Below, piece by piece: positions 31,225 to 39,416 of a DNA stretch of 64,000 nucleotides. The position numbers and the translations under genes were made by a program. How positions within the stretch are numbered: position 1 is the first letter of the stretch; every line of letters starts with the position of its first letter. The notes under the pieces are model-generated. The model made no database searches and was not told the DNA's origin. It saw nothing but the letters and a program-made list of their open reading frames with translations. Source of the DNA: a candidate division TM6 bacterium GW2011_GWF2_28_16 (GTDB lineage Bacteria; Patescibacteriota; Microgenomatia; UBA1400; PJMF01); the NCBI GenBank assembly GCA_001029715.1, contig CP011212.1, forward strand, positions 769,066 to 833,065. The letters run 5' to 3'.

Positions 31225-31533
31225 TTAATAAGTCCAAGCCGTGAGGCTTGAGGAAATTTTTTCTTCCTCAAGCAGCGCTAGCCACAGGCTTACCCTTTCT
31301 AGGGGTAAGCCGTACTTCTCTGAAAAAACTTGCAGATTTGAATCCTGCATTTTTCCAGAGTGATAAGAGTAGTTGCAAAATACTTGCCTGTTTTTTCTAA
31401 CCAAAAACTCAACTGCTCCGGTTTTTAACTCGGTATCGTAAGATACCTTGTATTCGACTTCCGTTCCTAAAGCTACAGTTAATATAAACACTTCTAACCT
31501 CTCCTCTTCCTGAACTAAATTAAGGTTCTCCAA
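31225..31533 (-). CDS. Hypothetical protein, family A copy 1 (probable GTG start at 31491)
   Basis: Similar to 33075-33353 (V.YD, GL.L..VS.WL, final W); shares flanking sequence with it. Confidence 0.7.
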   Translation of the reverse strand: MENLNLVQEEERLEVFILTVALGTEVEYKVSYDTELKTGAVEFLVRKNRQVFCNYSYHSGKMQDSNLQVFSEKYGLPLERVSLWLALLEEEKISSSLTAWTY

Positions 31534-31592
31534 TGTTATTTATCTCCAAATCAGCGCGTGGCCGATTATTCGATAAATAATTTAAGGGGTAT

Positions 31593-31633
31593 ATTATATC
31601 AAGATGTACTAAAAAAGTCAATGTTATAGGATA
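31593..31633 (-). promoter_or_regulatory. Sigma70 promoter with TATCCTATAAC abutting the -35 box
   Basis: Minus strand reads TATCCTATAACA-TTGACT-17 nt-TATAAT. Confidence 0.7.
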
Positions 31634-31690
31634 GTCACAATTAAATTAAAGATGGCTATCAAAAAAATATTTTCATATATAATCTAGCCA

Positions 31691-32608
31691 ATGAACACGA
31701 ATATAGAAACACACCTTGCAAATAATATTGGTAAAGATGTCGTTGGACTTAATCAGATGGTAAATCACGAAGTGCAAGAGAGTGACTTTCTTGCTGCGGT
31801 GGATGCCGCTCCAGCTATGCAAAAACTTTTTTCCGAAATTGATCCAAGCCTTCTTTTGTCCAAAGAATTAAATAAGTTTATAGAAGTTGAAAAAGAAATG
31901 CTTGGCAAAATAATTTGTCTTCCCACTACCATCTTGATGGCAATCAGACACCTGAAAAAAGAATCTAAATCTCTAACCCTCTCAGAATTTTATGAATTAG
32001 GAATTTATGCTCACACAAATGACCTCCATTCAGAAAATGGTGCTATTGAAAAAGGATTTCCTTCTTTTCATAGAAATGGCTTAGACACCTATCTTCGTTA
32101 TGCTTTAGAATTTGCTAAAATCAATGGTTTGGGAGGTGGAATTATCACTAATTTTTCAAATCTAGATTTTATAAGAAAAGTAACTAATAACGGAGTTGTA
32201 ATCTTGTCGGTTGATAACCTCTTTATTCCAAAAGTAATGAACACCGATATTGACCCTTCAACATTCAAGCCATCTAGACATGCAGAGTTAGTTCACGGCT
32301 TCTCAGAGAAAAATCTTTTAATAAGTGACGTCACCAATTCTAGAAATGGAACTACCTGGAATACGAGAAACAAATTTGTTCCGCAAACCGAAATAGAAAA
32401 ATATTTAACTTGTCCAAGGCTAAATGACACTTTCACTAGAGCAATTATTCTCACAAAAAATGATTTAGATTGGGACAAAATTACAGAAAAAATTGCAGAA
32501 GATGGGAACATCGAAAAACCGAATTACAATCCAATGCTGTCACCATTTTTTAATAAGGGAATAGATGCAACTCTCAAAGCAATGCGTCCAAATAGCTATT
32601 TAGATTAA
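31691..32608 (+). CDS. Putative papain-fold cysteine peptidase (C39-like)
   Basis: CLPTTILMA...VILSVD...RHAELVHGF...LISD gives Cys-His-Asp spacing. Confidence 0.6.
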   Translation: MNTNIETHLANNIGKDVVGLNQMVNHEVQESDFLAAVDAAPAMQKLFSEIDPSLLLSKELNKFIEVEKEMLGKIICLPTTILMAIRHLKKESKSLTLSEFYELGIYAHTNDLHSENGAIEKGFPSFHRNGLDTYLRYALEFAKINGLGGGIITNFSNLDFIRKVTNNGVVILSVDNLFIPKVMNTDIDPSTFKPSRHAELVHGFSEKNLLISDVTNSRNGTTWNTRNKFVPQTEIEKYLTCPRLNDTFTRAIILTKNDLDWDKITEKIAEDGNIEKPNYNPMLSPFFNKGIDATLKAMRPNSYLD

Positions 32609-32919
32609 ACGAGATACGAGTGCTTAGTATTCCAAGATTTAAGATATTCTTCTTTACTAGCGCCCCATTCTGGACCTACTATTTCAGAAACATCTTCAAT
32701 GTCGTTGGGATCAACTAATGTGTGAAGAACTGCATTGGCTAATATTTTGAGGATTTTATCGTAAGCTCGATATTTTTCTTCAAATGAAGTTTGCTCATTT
32801 AACATTAGTGCAACAAGCTCATCGTCTGCACCATATTTTTTTGCAATTTCCAATAATCTTTCTGCGCTTACAACTTCAACATTTTGGTGTTGATTAAGAA
32901 CTTCTAGGTTTTTAAACAT
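32605..32919 (-). CDS. Hypothetical protein, family B copy 1
   Basis: ERLLEIAKKYG..E...KIL aligns with 33491-33826. Confidence 0.7.
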   Translation of the reverse strand: MFKNLEVLNQHQNVEVVSAERLLEIAKKYGADDELVALMLNEQTSFEEKYRAYDKILKILANAVLHTLVDPNDIEDVSEIVGPEWGASKEEYLKSWNTKHSYLV

Positions 32920-33046
32920 TGTTAAAATCTTTTTTTAAAGGGGCAGCAAATAATGGCGATTATTATAGCACTATTGTTTGTTTTATCAAAAAAACGCTTG
33001 TATATAGATGTTTTAGGGGTAATTTATTTTTTTAGAGAAAAGAAAA

Positions 33047-33067
33047 GAGCCGGGTTTTAACCGGCTC
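33047..33067 (-). terminator. Intrinsic terminator
   Basis: GAGCCGG-GTTTTAA-CCGGCTC hairpin with a U-tract on the minus strand. Confidence 0.7.
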
Positions 33068-33074
33068 TAAATCC

Positions 33075-33353
33075 TTAATTTTTTCTTTCCCAAACGGTAG
33101 ACTTCTCAAAATTTGAGTTGTTATCTACCACTGATAGCCATGCGCTGACATCGCTTAAAACCAGGCCTAGATCTTCTCTAATCTCATTGAGTGAAAATTT
33201 CTCCACAGAAATAGCTTCTGTAGTAGCAACTTCCATGCCGTTAATGTACAAGGAAATAATAATTTCCTTGTTTTGTCTGTCATAAATGACAAACAGATCT
33301 ACACCATTCCTTAAGCATATCTTCAAGTCATACATTGTCTTCTTTTCCTCCAA
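33075..33353 (-). CDS. Hypothetical protein, family A copy 2 (probable ATG start at 33335)
   Basis: Paralog of 31225-31533; GGAGG precedes the MYDLK start. Confidence 0.7.
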   Translation of the reverse strand: MEEKKTMYDLKICLRNGVDLFVIYDRQNKEIIISLYINGMEVATTEAISVEKFSLNEIREDLGLVLSDVSAWLSVVDNNSNFEKSTVWERKN

Positions 33354-33428
33354 AAATTAAGGTTCTTCAAATTTTTTGCCGCCAAGTCAACAGATAGTCG
33401 ACTCTTAAACAAATAATTTGAGAACTGG

Positions 33429-33469
33429 ATTATACCAAAAAATACCTAGAAAATCAATGTTATAGGATA
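33429..33469 (-). promoter_or_regulatory. Sigma70 promoter with TATCCTATAAC abutting the -35 box
   Basis: Minus strand reads TATCCTATAACA-TTGATT-17 nt-TATAAT. Confidence 0.7.
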
Positions 33470-33490
33470 TTATGTTTACAGATTTCTTAA

Positions 33491-33826
33491 CTAAATTCTA
33501 TTACCAATGATAGCATTTGCTATTTTATAGTCTTCGACATCGACTTTTTGAGCATAAATAGCACTACCTATAATTTCAAGAATTTTTCCGAATGCTTTGT
33601 CTTTATCTTCATCTGAAGCATTTTTATCCAATACAGTTGCGATGACTTCTTCAGGAACGCCATACTTCCTGGAAACTTCCAATTGCCTTTCTGGAGTTAT
33701 TTCTTCGTCCATAATTTTTTGGACATTATCAGACCATGGTCTTTCTTTTGGTTCAACTTCACTATCAACTTCAGCACCTGTAATAGATTCTGAAATATTT
33801 GCTTCTGGATTTTTTGGCATTACCAA
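33491..33826 (-). CDS. Hypothetical protein, family B copy 2
   Basis: ERQLEVSRKYGVPEE..EDKDKAFGKIL is similar to 32605-32919. Confidence 0.7.
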   Translation of the reverse strand: MVMPKNPEANISESITGAEVDSEVEPKERPWSDNVQKIMDEEITPERQLEVSRKYGVPEEVIATVLDKNASDEDKDKAFGKILEIIGSAIYAQKVDVEDYKIANAIIGNRI

Positions 33827-33935
33827 TCCTTTTAATAAGGCAGTAAATAATTATTGGCATTATAACACTGCAAAATTTTTATCAAAAAATTTTAAAAAGC
33901 ATCTTGTCCAAAAATTTTCTGCTATCATCTTAATA

Positions 33936-34448
33936 GTGAAAAAATTTTTGAAAATAATACAAAGCACTGCTTTCAGAAAAACCATTGTGGTATTAGGCAG
34001 TTTTCTAGCAGTTGCAAGTATTTTAATTTCCATAAATCCAGAACCTTTTTTAAAAACTGGCTATTGGGGTGTTTTTCTGTATGGAATGTTAGGACCAGTC
34101 ACCTTAATTATTCCTGTAATGTCACAGCATTTAAATTTGGTTTTACTGTCAGCTGCAGCTGCCACTGGAGTGGTCGTAAACGATACTCTCGCATATATCG
34201 TTGGGAGAAATGCTGATGCGTTTATTCAAAAAAGTAAAAAAGTCTTGCTCGTAGAAAAATGGGTGAACAAATATGGTGTCTTCGCTCTGTTTCTTATCTC
34301 AATCTCACCTCTCCCCTATGATTTTGTTGGATTGATTGTCGGATATCTAGATCTATCATTTAAAAAATACGTCATACCTTTATTTCTGGGTAAATTTATA
34401 AGATTTATTCTAGTTGGCTTAGGTACAAATTTTATTTTAGGATGGTGA
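33936..34448 (+). CDS. VTT/DedA (SNARE-associated) membrane protein; likely GTG start at 33936
   Basis: LAYIVGR, KYG..ALFLISISPLPYD..G..GYL and GKFIRF motifs. Confidence 0.85.
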   Translation: MKKFLKIIQSTAFRKTIVVLGSFLAVASILISINPEPFLKTGYWGVFLYGMLGPVTLIIPVMSQHLNLVLLSAAAATGVVVNDTLAYIVGRNADAFIQKSKKVLLVEKWVNKYGVFALFLISISPLPYDFVGLIVGYLDLSFKKYVIPLFLGKFIRFILVGLGTNFILGW

Positions 34449-34469
34449 GGGGCTATGGTTTATTAGAAA

Positions 34470-35198
34470 CTATAGTCTAGATTGCTCTTGCTGTATTTTT
34501 TTTATCAAATCAGGAAAATATCCATACTGTTTATTGTTTTTATCATACATTCTTTGCAGATTATCAATTCCCTCATTAATAGGTCTTATTTTTTGACCAA
34601 AGACTGATAAGTAAACTTCCCCATCCTGATCCTTAAAAATAAAATACGCATGCCTATCTAAAAGATTTAAACCTTCAAATACATTCCTTATATGTCTCTT
34701 AGTATTAGAAAACATTAACAGTCTAACTTCAGTACCAGGAAAATAAATTTTAGAAATTGTACTAATAAAGGTTGCATACTCTATACAATTAACAGTTTCT
34801 TTAAATGGCTTGGTCATAAAAGACTCATCTTTAGTAAACAAACTCATGGTAAAGTTCAAGTTATTGCTAGCATTTTCAAATGAAGCTAGAAGGTTTCCTT
34901 TTGACCTCGCTGAGTTTTGATCAGTTGTAAAATCCACAAACTCTCTTAAGCTTTTGTAATAAGGTTTGCTATTTTCATCCAGCATGAATTTATCGACTGC
35001 TTCTTTAACTTTTTCATCAGCAAATTTATAAACACCATCGTCACAACTGGAAATTTTTATTGCTCTCCCAATACTATTAACCAGAGTAGTATTAATTGGT
35101 CCAAGATGACCTTCAACGGTAGCACCGGCGGTAGCTTTATCAGTCAAACCTAATTTGTGTAGTCTATTTCCTAATTCTGCAAAAACGATATTCGGCAC
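34470..35198 (-). CDS. Hypothetical protein, possibly transglutaminase-like
   Basis: NCIEYA followed by HAYF resembles the Cys-His core of transglutaminase-like proteins. Confidence 0.55.
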   Translation of the reverse strand: MPNIVFAELGNRLHKLGLTDKATAGATVEGHLGPINTTLVNSIGRAIKISSCDDGVYKFADEKVKEAVDKFMLDENSKPYYKSLREFVDFTTDQNSARSKGNLLASFENASNNLNFTMSLFTKDESFMTKPFKETVNCIEYATFISTISKIYFPGTEVRLLMFSNTKRHIRNVFEGLNLLDRHAYFIFKDQDGEVYLSVFGQKIRPINEGIDNLQRMYDKNNKQYGYFPDLIKKIQQEQSRL

Positions 35199-35224
35199 AA
35201 AATAAATATATCATAAAAGAAAAA

Positions 35225-35242
35225 GCAGGGCGGGAAGGAATC
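35225..35242 (-). repeat. 18-bp duplication of the tRNA-Trp 3' end (att-like direct repeat)
   Basis: GCAGGGCGGGAAGGAATC is identical to 35399-35416. Confidence 0.85.
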
Positions 35243-35356
35243 CACGACTCGCCTATCTGTATTTTCTGGAAGATAGCTCGCTGCATTACCCAGGCTCGCT
35301 TCACTCGCTTGGCGGCAGAACTACTGCTTCGCAAGGACGTCTCTTCATTACCACAA

Positions 35357-35399
35357 CAAGTATAAAAAAATCCAGCGTTGCTGGAATTTTTTATACTTG
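35357..35399 (-). terminator. Long hairpin/terminator immediately downstream of tRNA-Trp
   Basis: CAAGTATAAAAAAATCCAGC-GTT-GCTGGAATTTTTTATACTTG. Confidence 0.7.
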
Positions 35400-35470
35400 C
35401 AGGGCGGGAAGGAATCGAACCTTCATCAAGGGTTTTGGAGACCCCGATTCTACCGTTGAAATACCGCCCT
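35400..35470 (-). tRNA. tRNA-Trp(CCA)
   Basis: Cloverleaf AGGGCGG...ctCCAaa...GGTTCGATTCC...CCGCCCT-G; 3' CCA not encoded. Confidence 0.95.
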
Positions 35471-35630
35471 TTGTTAAATTTTTAGAGTTTATGAAATCAA
35501 CTCTCGAAAGCCAATTATAATAATCATTAGCCAATAAAGCCAGGGGATTTTAAAATTTCAACTAAAAAGCAAGAAAAAACCAAAAAGACTAGTTCTCCCC
35601 CAACCTTTCAAAAACTGTTACACTAATTAA

Positions 35631-37115
35631 ATGCAAGACCAAGACATCGCTCAAGATCTAAAAAGGATTTATCAAGAAGACAAGAAACTACTCGAGGAAA
35701 CTCAAATCCCAATCATCACTGTTTCTGCTTCTTTTAGAGAAGATTTAAAAGGTTTGCATCACCAAAAAGAAGAAGACAAAAGCACTGACATCGTGCTTTC
35801 CCGTGCCCATTATTCCATGGCGCTTGGAGTGGCCATGCAAGCTTGGGGTGAAAAGATTGATCCTAAAAAAGCTTGGTTAGTTGACAGCACCAACTACGTT
35901 AACAATGAAGATTTCAAAGGCGTACAGCTAACTAACATTATTGGTAAAATCATTGCTCGCTGGCCAATGCTTAAAACTTTTAAAGACGTAGTCGATAAAT
36001 TTGGTCGTTCTAAAATGCCAATTCTCGATAATGTTACTCCTCCTACTCTTTACTTAGGCGCTGGTGTTAAAAAAACTATCTTGTCCTTTCACATTGTGAC
36101 CGGCAATATCTTAGCAGCAGAAGGTAAAAAAGTTATTCAAATGATTACCGATCCACATGTGAGAAGCGATTATTTAGAAAATGCCCATCGCAAAAACATG
36201 CAGTTTTTGGTTTTTGATGAAGCCACCAAAGCAGATTTTTGGAGAGTTGCCAAAGAAATTGGTAAAAGAATTCCTAAGGAGCAAGTTGCTAATAAAGTTA
36301 TTGTCACTGGCCCACCAATTGATCCAAGGATTGTCGACTGTAATAAAAGTAAAAATATTTGGAACAAAGATCAAGCTCTTAAGGTTTGTCTTACCACTGG
36401 CGGGCTAGGCACTAACAAAACTGAAATTAAAGAAATTTTGGAGCAACTTTTGCCAGAACTAAAAAAGCAAGCTACTGATCAAAAAACAGATTTGCCAACC
36501 ACAGAATTAATTTTTTATGCTGGCACGCACAGCGATCATAAAGATATGGCAGTCCGAATCGCTAAAGAGAACAATCTTTTGTATCAAATAATCAGTCCAA
36601 AAGATCCAGCTCACTTTGGTATTAATGACAAAATTGAAACCACTCCACATAAAAAAACCGAAACAACTAGAGCTAAATTTAGAATCATTTATCATCCACA
36701 GATCGTTGATGCTAATGAATTGCTAATTCAAAAAGGCTTTCCTTGGGCCGACGTTTTTATTAGTAAACCATCTGGAGATATGGCTTATGACGCCGTTGTC
36801 TCTGGAGCTGCTCTGCTTACTCTTAAAGAATGGGGTGAATGGGAATTTAACGTTAGAGCAGTTTTTGAAAAAAATGGTACCACTAAGCAAGCTCAAACAG
36901 ACCAGATTGTCAAACAATTAATAGAAATTACTCAAAGCAATGGCTCCACTTTTGAAAGTAATAAAGTTATTGGATCTAAACTACCAAGTCCAAATATAAA
37001 GGATGAAGCTCAATCTTCCTGGTTGGAAAAAGCCATGCAAAATGCGAAAAAACTAGATAAAGACTTCTATCAGGGTGCTAAAAACATCTTGAAAGCTGTC
37101 AAAGAAAGTAATTAA
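35631..37115 (+). CDS. GT-B glycosyltransferase (UgtP/MGDG synthase/GT28-like)
   Basis: ITDPH, VTGPPIDP, TTGGLG and ADVFISKPSG..A...G...WE motifs. Confidence 0.65.
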   Translation: MQDQDIAQDLKRIYQEDKKLLEETQIPIITVSASFREDLKGLHHQKEEDKSTDIVLSRAHYSMALGVAMQAWGEKIDPKKAWLVDSTNYVNNEDFKGVQLTNIIGKIIARWPMLKTFKDVVDKFGRSKMPILDNVTPPTLYLGAGVKKTILSFHIVTGNILAAEGKKVIQMITDPHVRSDYLENAHRKNMQFLVFDEATKADFWRVAKEIGKRIPKEQVANKVIVTGPPIDPRIVDCNKSKNIWNKDQALKVCLTTGGLGTNKTEIKEILEQLLPELKKQATDQKTDLPTTELIFYAGTHSDHKDMAVRIAKENNLLYQIISPKDPAHFGINDKIETTPHKKTETTRAKFRIIYHPQIVDANELLIQKGFPWADVFISKPSGDMAYDAVVSGAALLTLKEWGEWEFNVRAVFEKNGTTKQAQTDQIVKQLIEITQSNGSTFESNKVIGSKLPSPNIKDEAQSSWLEKAMQNAKKLDKDFYQGAKNILKAVKESN

Positions 37116-37119
37116 AAAA

Positions 37120-37323
37120 TTACTTTAACTTTTTCATCATCTTGTGAGAGGTGTGTTTGCGACAGACTTTGCAGTATTTATTAATAGGAAAGCTACTCTC
37201 TCCTGAAATTTGCTTCTTGAGGGTTTCATTGTTTTTGTTGTATTCACTTACGTAACCAAAAGCATTACAAACACTACATTGTAAACCGATTAATTGTCTT
37301 GGACCTTTTTTCTTACTTGCCAT
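37120..37323 (-). CDS. rpmG: 50S ribosomal protein L33
   Basis: R..I.LQCSVC...KYCKVCRKHT.H pattern. Confidence 0.95.
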   Translation of the reverse strand: MASKKKGPRQLIGLQCSVCNAFGYVSEYNKNNETLKKQISGESSFPINKYCKVCRKHTSHKMMKKLK

Positions 37324-37396
37324 AGATTTGATATTTTAGCACATTTTCTTTTTAATTTAAGTGTCAGCTCTTGATCGAGCATTTTTGCTAAAAATG

Positions 37397-37469
37397 AGCC
37401 ACCTCTGGGACTCGAACCCAGGACCTACTGTTTACAAAACAGTTGCTCTACCAACTGAGCTAAGGGGGC
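37397..37469 (-). tRNA. tRNA-Thr(TGT)
   Basis: GCCCCCTTAGCTCAGTTGGTAGAGC..ttTGTaa..GGTTCGAGTCC. Confidence 0.95.
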
Positions 37470-37474
37470 GATAG

Positions 37475-37556
37475 TGCCAAGGGAAGGATTCGAACCTACG
37501 GAGGCTAGGCCAGCAGTTTTACAGACTGCCCTCGTTGACCACTTGAGTACCTTGGC
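37475..37556 (-). tRNA. tRNA-Tyr(GTA)
   Basis: GCCAAGG..ctGTAaa..long variable arm..GGTTCGAATCC. Confidence 0.95.
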
Positions 37557-37565
37557 GTCTCTATG

Positions 37566-37638
37566 AGCCTTCGTCGGGGATCGAACCCGAGACCTCAGTC
37601 TTACCAAGACTGCGCTCTACCAACTGAGCTACAAAGGC
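37566..37638 (-). tRNA. tRNA-Thr(GGT)
   Basis: GCCTTTGTAGCTCAGTTGGTAGAGC..ttGGTaa..GGTTCGATCCC. Confidence 0.95.
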
Positions 37639-37653
37639 AAAAGGACTTTGAGT

Positions 37654-37682
37654 ATTATATTTCGGACCCTGTCTTTTTGCAA
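37654..37682 (-). promoter_or_regulatory. Promoter of the tRNA-Thr/Tyr/Thr-rpmG unit
   Basis: Minus strand reads TTGCAA-17 nt-TATAAT, about 15 nt before tRNA-Thr(GGT). Confidence 0.65.
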
Positions 37683-37695
37683 AACAAAAAGCAGC

Positions 37696-37760
37696 TGGTA
37701 CGAAAGATGCAAAGCGAATTTCGGACAATGTGGTACGAAAGATGCAAAGCGAATTTCGGA
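37696..37760. repeat. Perfect 30-bp direct repeat, two copies 5 nt apart
   Basis: TGGTACGAAAGATGCAAAGCGAATTTCGGA at 37696-37725 and 37731-37760. Confidence 0.9.
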
Positions 37761-37783
37761 GAAAATACAGACGAGAAAACACT

Positions 37784-37933
37784 CCACTTCCCTTTGCAGG
37801 AAAGCAAGCCTCTTTCCCCGGGAAAAACCAGGTGGTTAAGAAGATCTCATTTCCACGGAAATAAGATACTCCTTTATCCATAAAAGAGCTGTTGAGGAAA
37901 AACATCGCTTAGCTTTCCTGCAAAGGGAAGTGG
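37784..37933 (-). ncRNA. Candidate ~150-nt structured RNA (6S-like or MITE-like)
   Basis: Perfect 22-bp closing stem plus inner stems that need G-U pairs on the minus strand. Confidence 0.5.
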
Positions 37934-38057
37934 TATTAATGTGCTAAATACAATTTTAGAAGCTAACAAACAAAAAACAAAGCTGTTTTTGACACAGAAA
38001 AATTGCTATAATGGAATCTTCCACATTTTGAAAAATAGATGACGCCAAACTCGACTT

Positions 38058-38963
38058 TTAACCAGCGATCTCCTCTACCCATTCCTTGACTTTGTGACCG
38101 TATTTTTCGTTTTCGATCACAAATTTTAAATGAGCTTTGAAATAATTTTCTGGATCACCAGTGGTCATCCACTTACTGTCGTTTTTAACCACTAAAACTT
38201 TCTTTCCAGATTGCTTGAGTTTTTCGATTGCGTCCACTGTCCAAAGTTCGCCATCCTTACCAGTGCTATTAATTGTCAAATAGTCAAAAATAGCTGGTGT
38301 TAGTAAATAGCGACCATAGGAAGCTAAATTGCTAGGCGCCTCTTCCACGGATGGCTTTTCGACAATATTAACTAAAAAATTTTCTTGACCCTCATGATAA
38401 CTGCCATCTTGTAAAGAAACTATTCCATATTTAGAAACCTCTCCTTTCTGGATCTCCTCAGCCATGATGATGGCAGCAGCGTCATTATATTGATGATAGT
38501 TGTCAACTAAAGTTTTAGCTGCACCTGGGCTACCAAAAACCACATCATCACTATAAATAGCTAAGAAAGCATCTTCGCCCTCTACAAAAGCCTTGGCTGA
38601 AGCAATTGGTGAACCATTGCCGTAAGGCAAACTCAAGTCCTGAGTGATTACGGTAATTTTTGGATAATCTAACACTCGCTGTACAGATTCGTAGCGATCT
38701 TCCTTGCCCTGGGCAGCTAACTGTTTACGAATGCGGTTAACATTATTGTTAAAGTAGTCTTCATAAATTGGTTTTCCCTCAGGAGTAGCAACAATGATAA
38801 TTTCTTCAATCCCTGCTTCAACACACTCTTCAATCACGAATTGCATGATGGGACGATTGCCCATTGGCAACATCGCTTTTGGCACAGTTTTAGCGATTGG
38901 CAAATAACGACTAGCAAAACCAGCGTCGGTGATAATTGCTTTACGAACCAATTTTTCTGACAT
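38058..38963 (-). CDS. galU: UTP--glucose-1-phosphate uridylyltransferase family
   Basis: KAIITDAGFASRYLP..K..PKAMLP, VEKP..APSN..GRY and GELWTVDAI motifs. Confidence 0.88.
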   Translation of the reverse strand: MSEKLVRKAIITDAGFASRYLPIAKTVPKAMLPMGNRPIMQFVIEECVEAGIEEIIIVATPEGKPIYEDYFNNNVNRIRKQLAAQGKEDRYESVQRVLDYPKITVITQDLSLPYGNGSPIASAKAFVEGEDAFLAIYSDDVVFGSPGAAKTLVDNYHQYNDAAAIIMAEEIQKGEVSKYGIVSLQDGSYHEGQENFLVNIVEKPSVEEAPSNLASYGRYLLTPAIFDYLTINSTGKDGELWTVDAIEKLKQSGKKVLVVKNDSKWMTTGDPENYFKAHLKFVIENEKYGHKVKEWVEEIAG

Positions 38964-39038
38964 AAAAATTCACCTTTCTAAATAAGTTCTAAAAGTATAA
39001 CATAACAAAGGACTTGACCTAAGAGTGAGAAGTCAGTT

Positions 39039-39416
39039 ATGCTTGAGATAATGCCTTCAAAAAAAATCACTAAACAAAAAAAGAACGAAATTGAATCAAA
39101 TCTCATTCTCTTTGGTCTTTTGCTCGTTTTAATTCTCTCCGTAATTACTTTTTGGCACATTAGCTACAAAAAAAACCAGACAAATAGTGCTGAAACTTCC
39201 GCTATAAACCAGGAACTGGCGCAAAAAGCCGACATTGATCAAGATGGAAATATTGATGAAAAAGATGCTAAACTGATTAAAGAGGCTTTTTTGAAGAGTG
39301 ATGTTGAATCACTTAAGGCTGATCTAAACCAAGATAATAAAGTCGATGCTAAAGACTTCTCACTGTTCAATAAAATCTTTAACTTAAAAGAGAAAGAACA
39401 AAATGACTCCAAATAA
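39039..39416 (+). CDS. Membrane-anchored type I dockerin protein (start may be 39051)
   Basis: One TM, then two Ca-binding repeats DIDQDGNIDEKD and DLNQDNKVDAKD. Confidence 0.85.
   Translation: MLEIMPSKKITKQKKNEIESNLILFGLLLVLILSVITFWHISYKKNQTNSAETSAINQELAQKADIDQDGNIDEKDAKLIKEAFLKSDVESLKADLNQDNKVDAKDFSLFNKIFNLKEKEQNDSK

Noticed and set aside
33597-33935. N-terminal half of the 283-aa ORF
   Set aside because: It is the antisense shadow of 33491-33826; the VTT protein most likely starts at GTG 33936.
37696-37760. CRISPR array
   Set aside because: Only two repeats with a 5-nt gap, and no cas genes in the window.
37425-37905. Short ORFs 37425-37607, 37561-37905, 37563-37883 and 37648-37839
   Set aside because: They overlap tRNA genes, their promoter and the repeats; spurious.
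37989-38012. TTGACA...TATAAT plus-strand promoter
   Set aside because: The spacer is only 12 nt and no gene follows; at most an extended -10 of unclear target.
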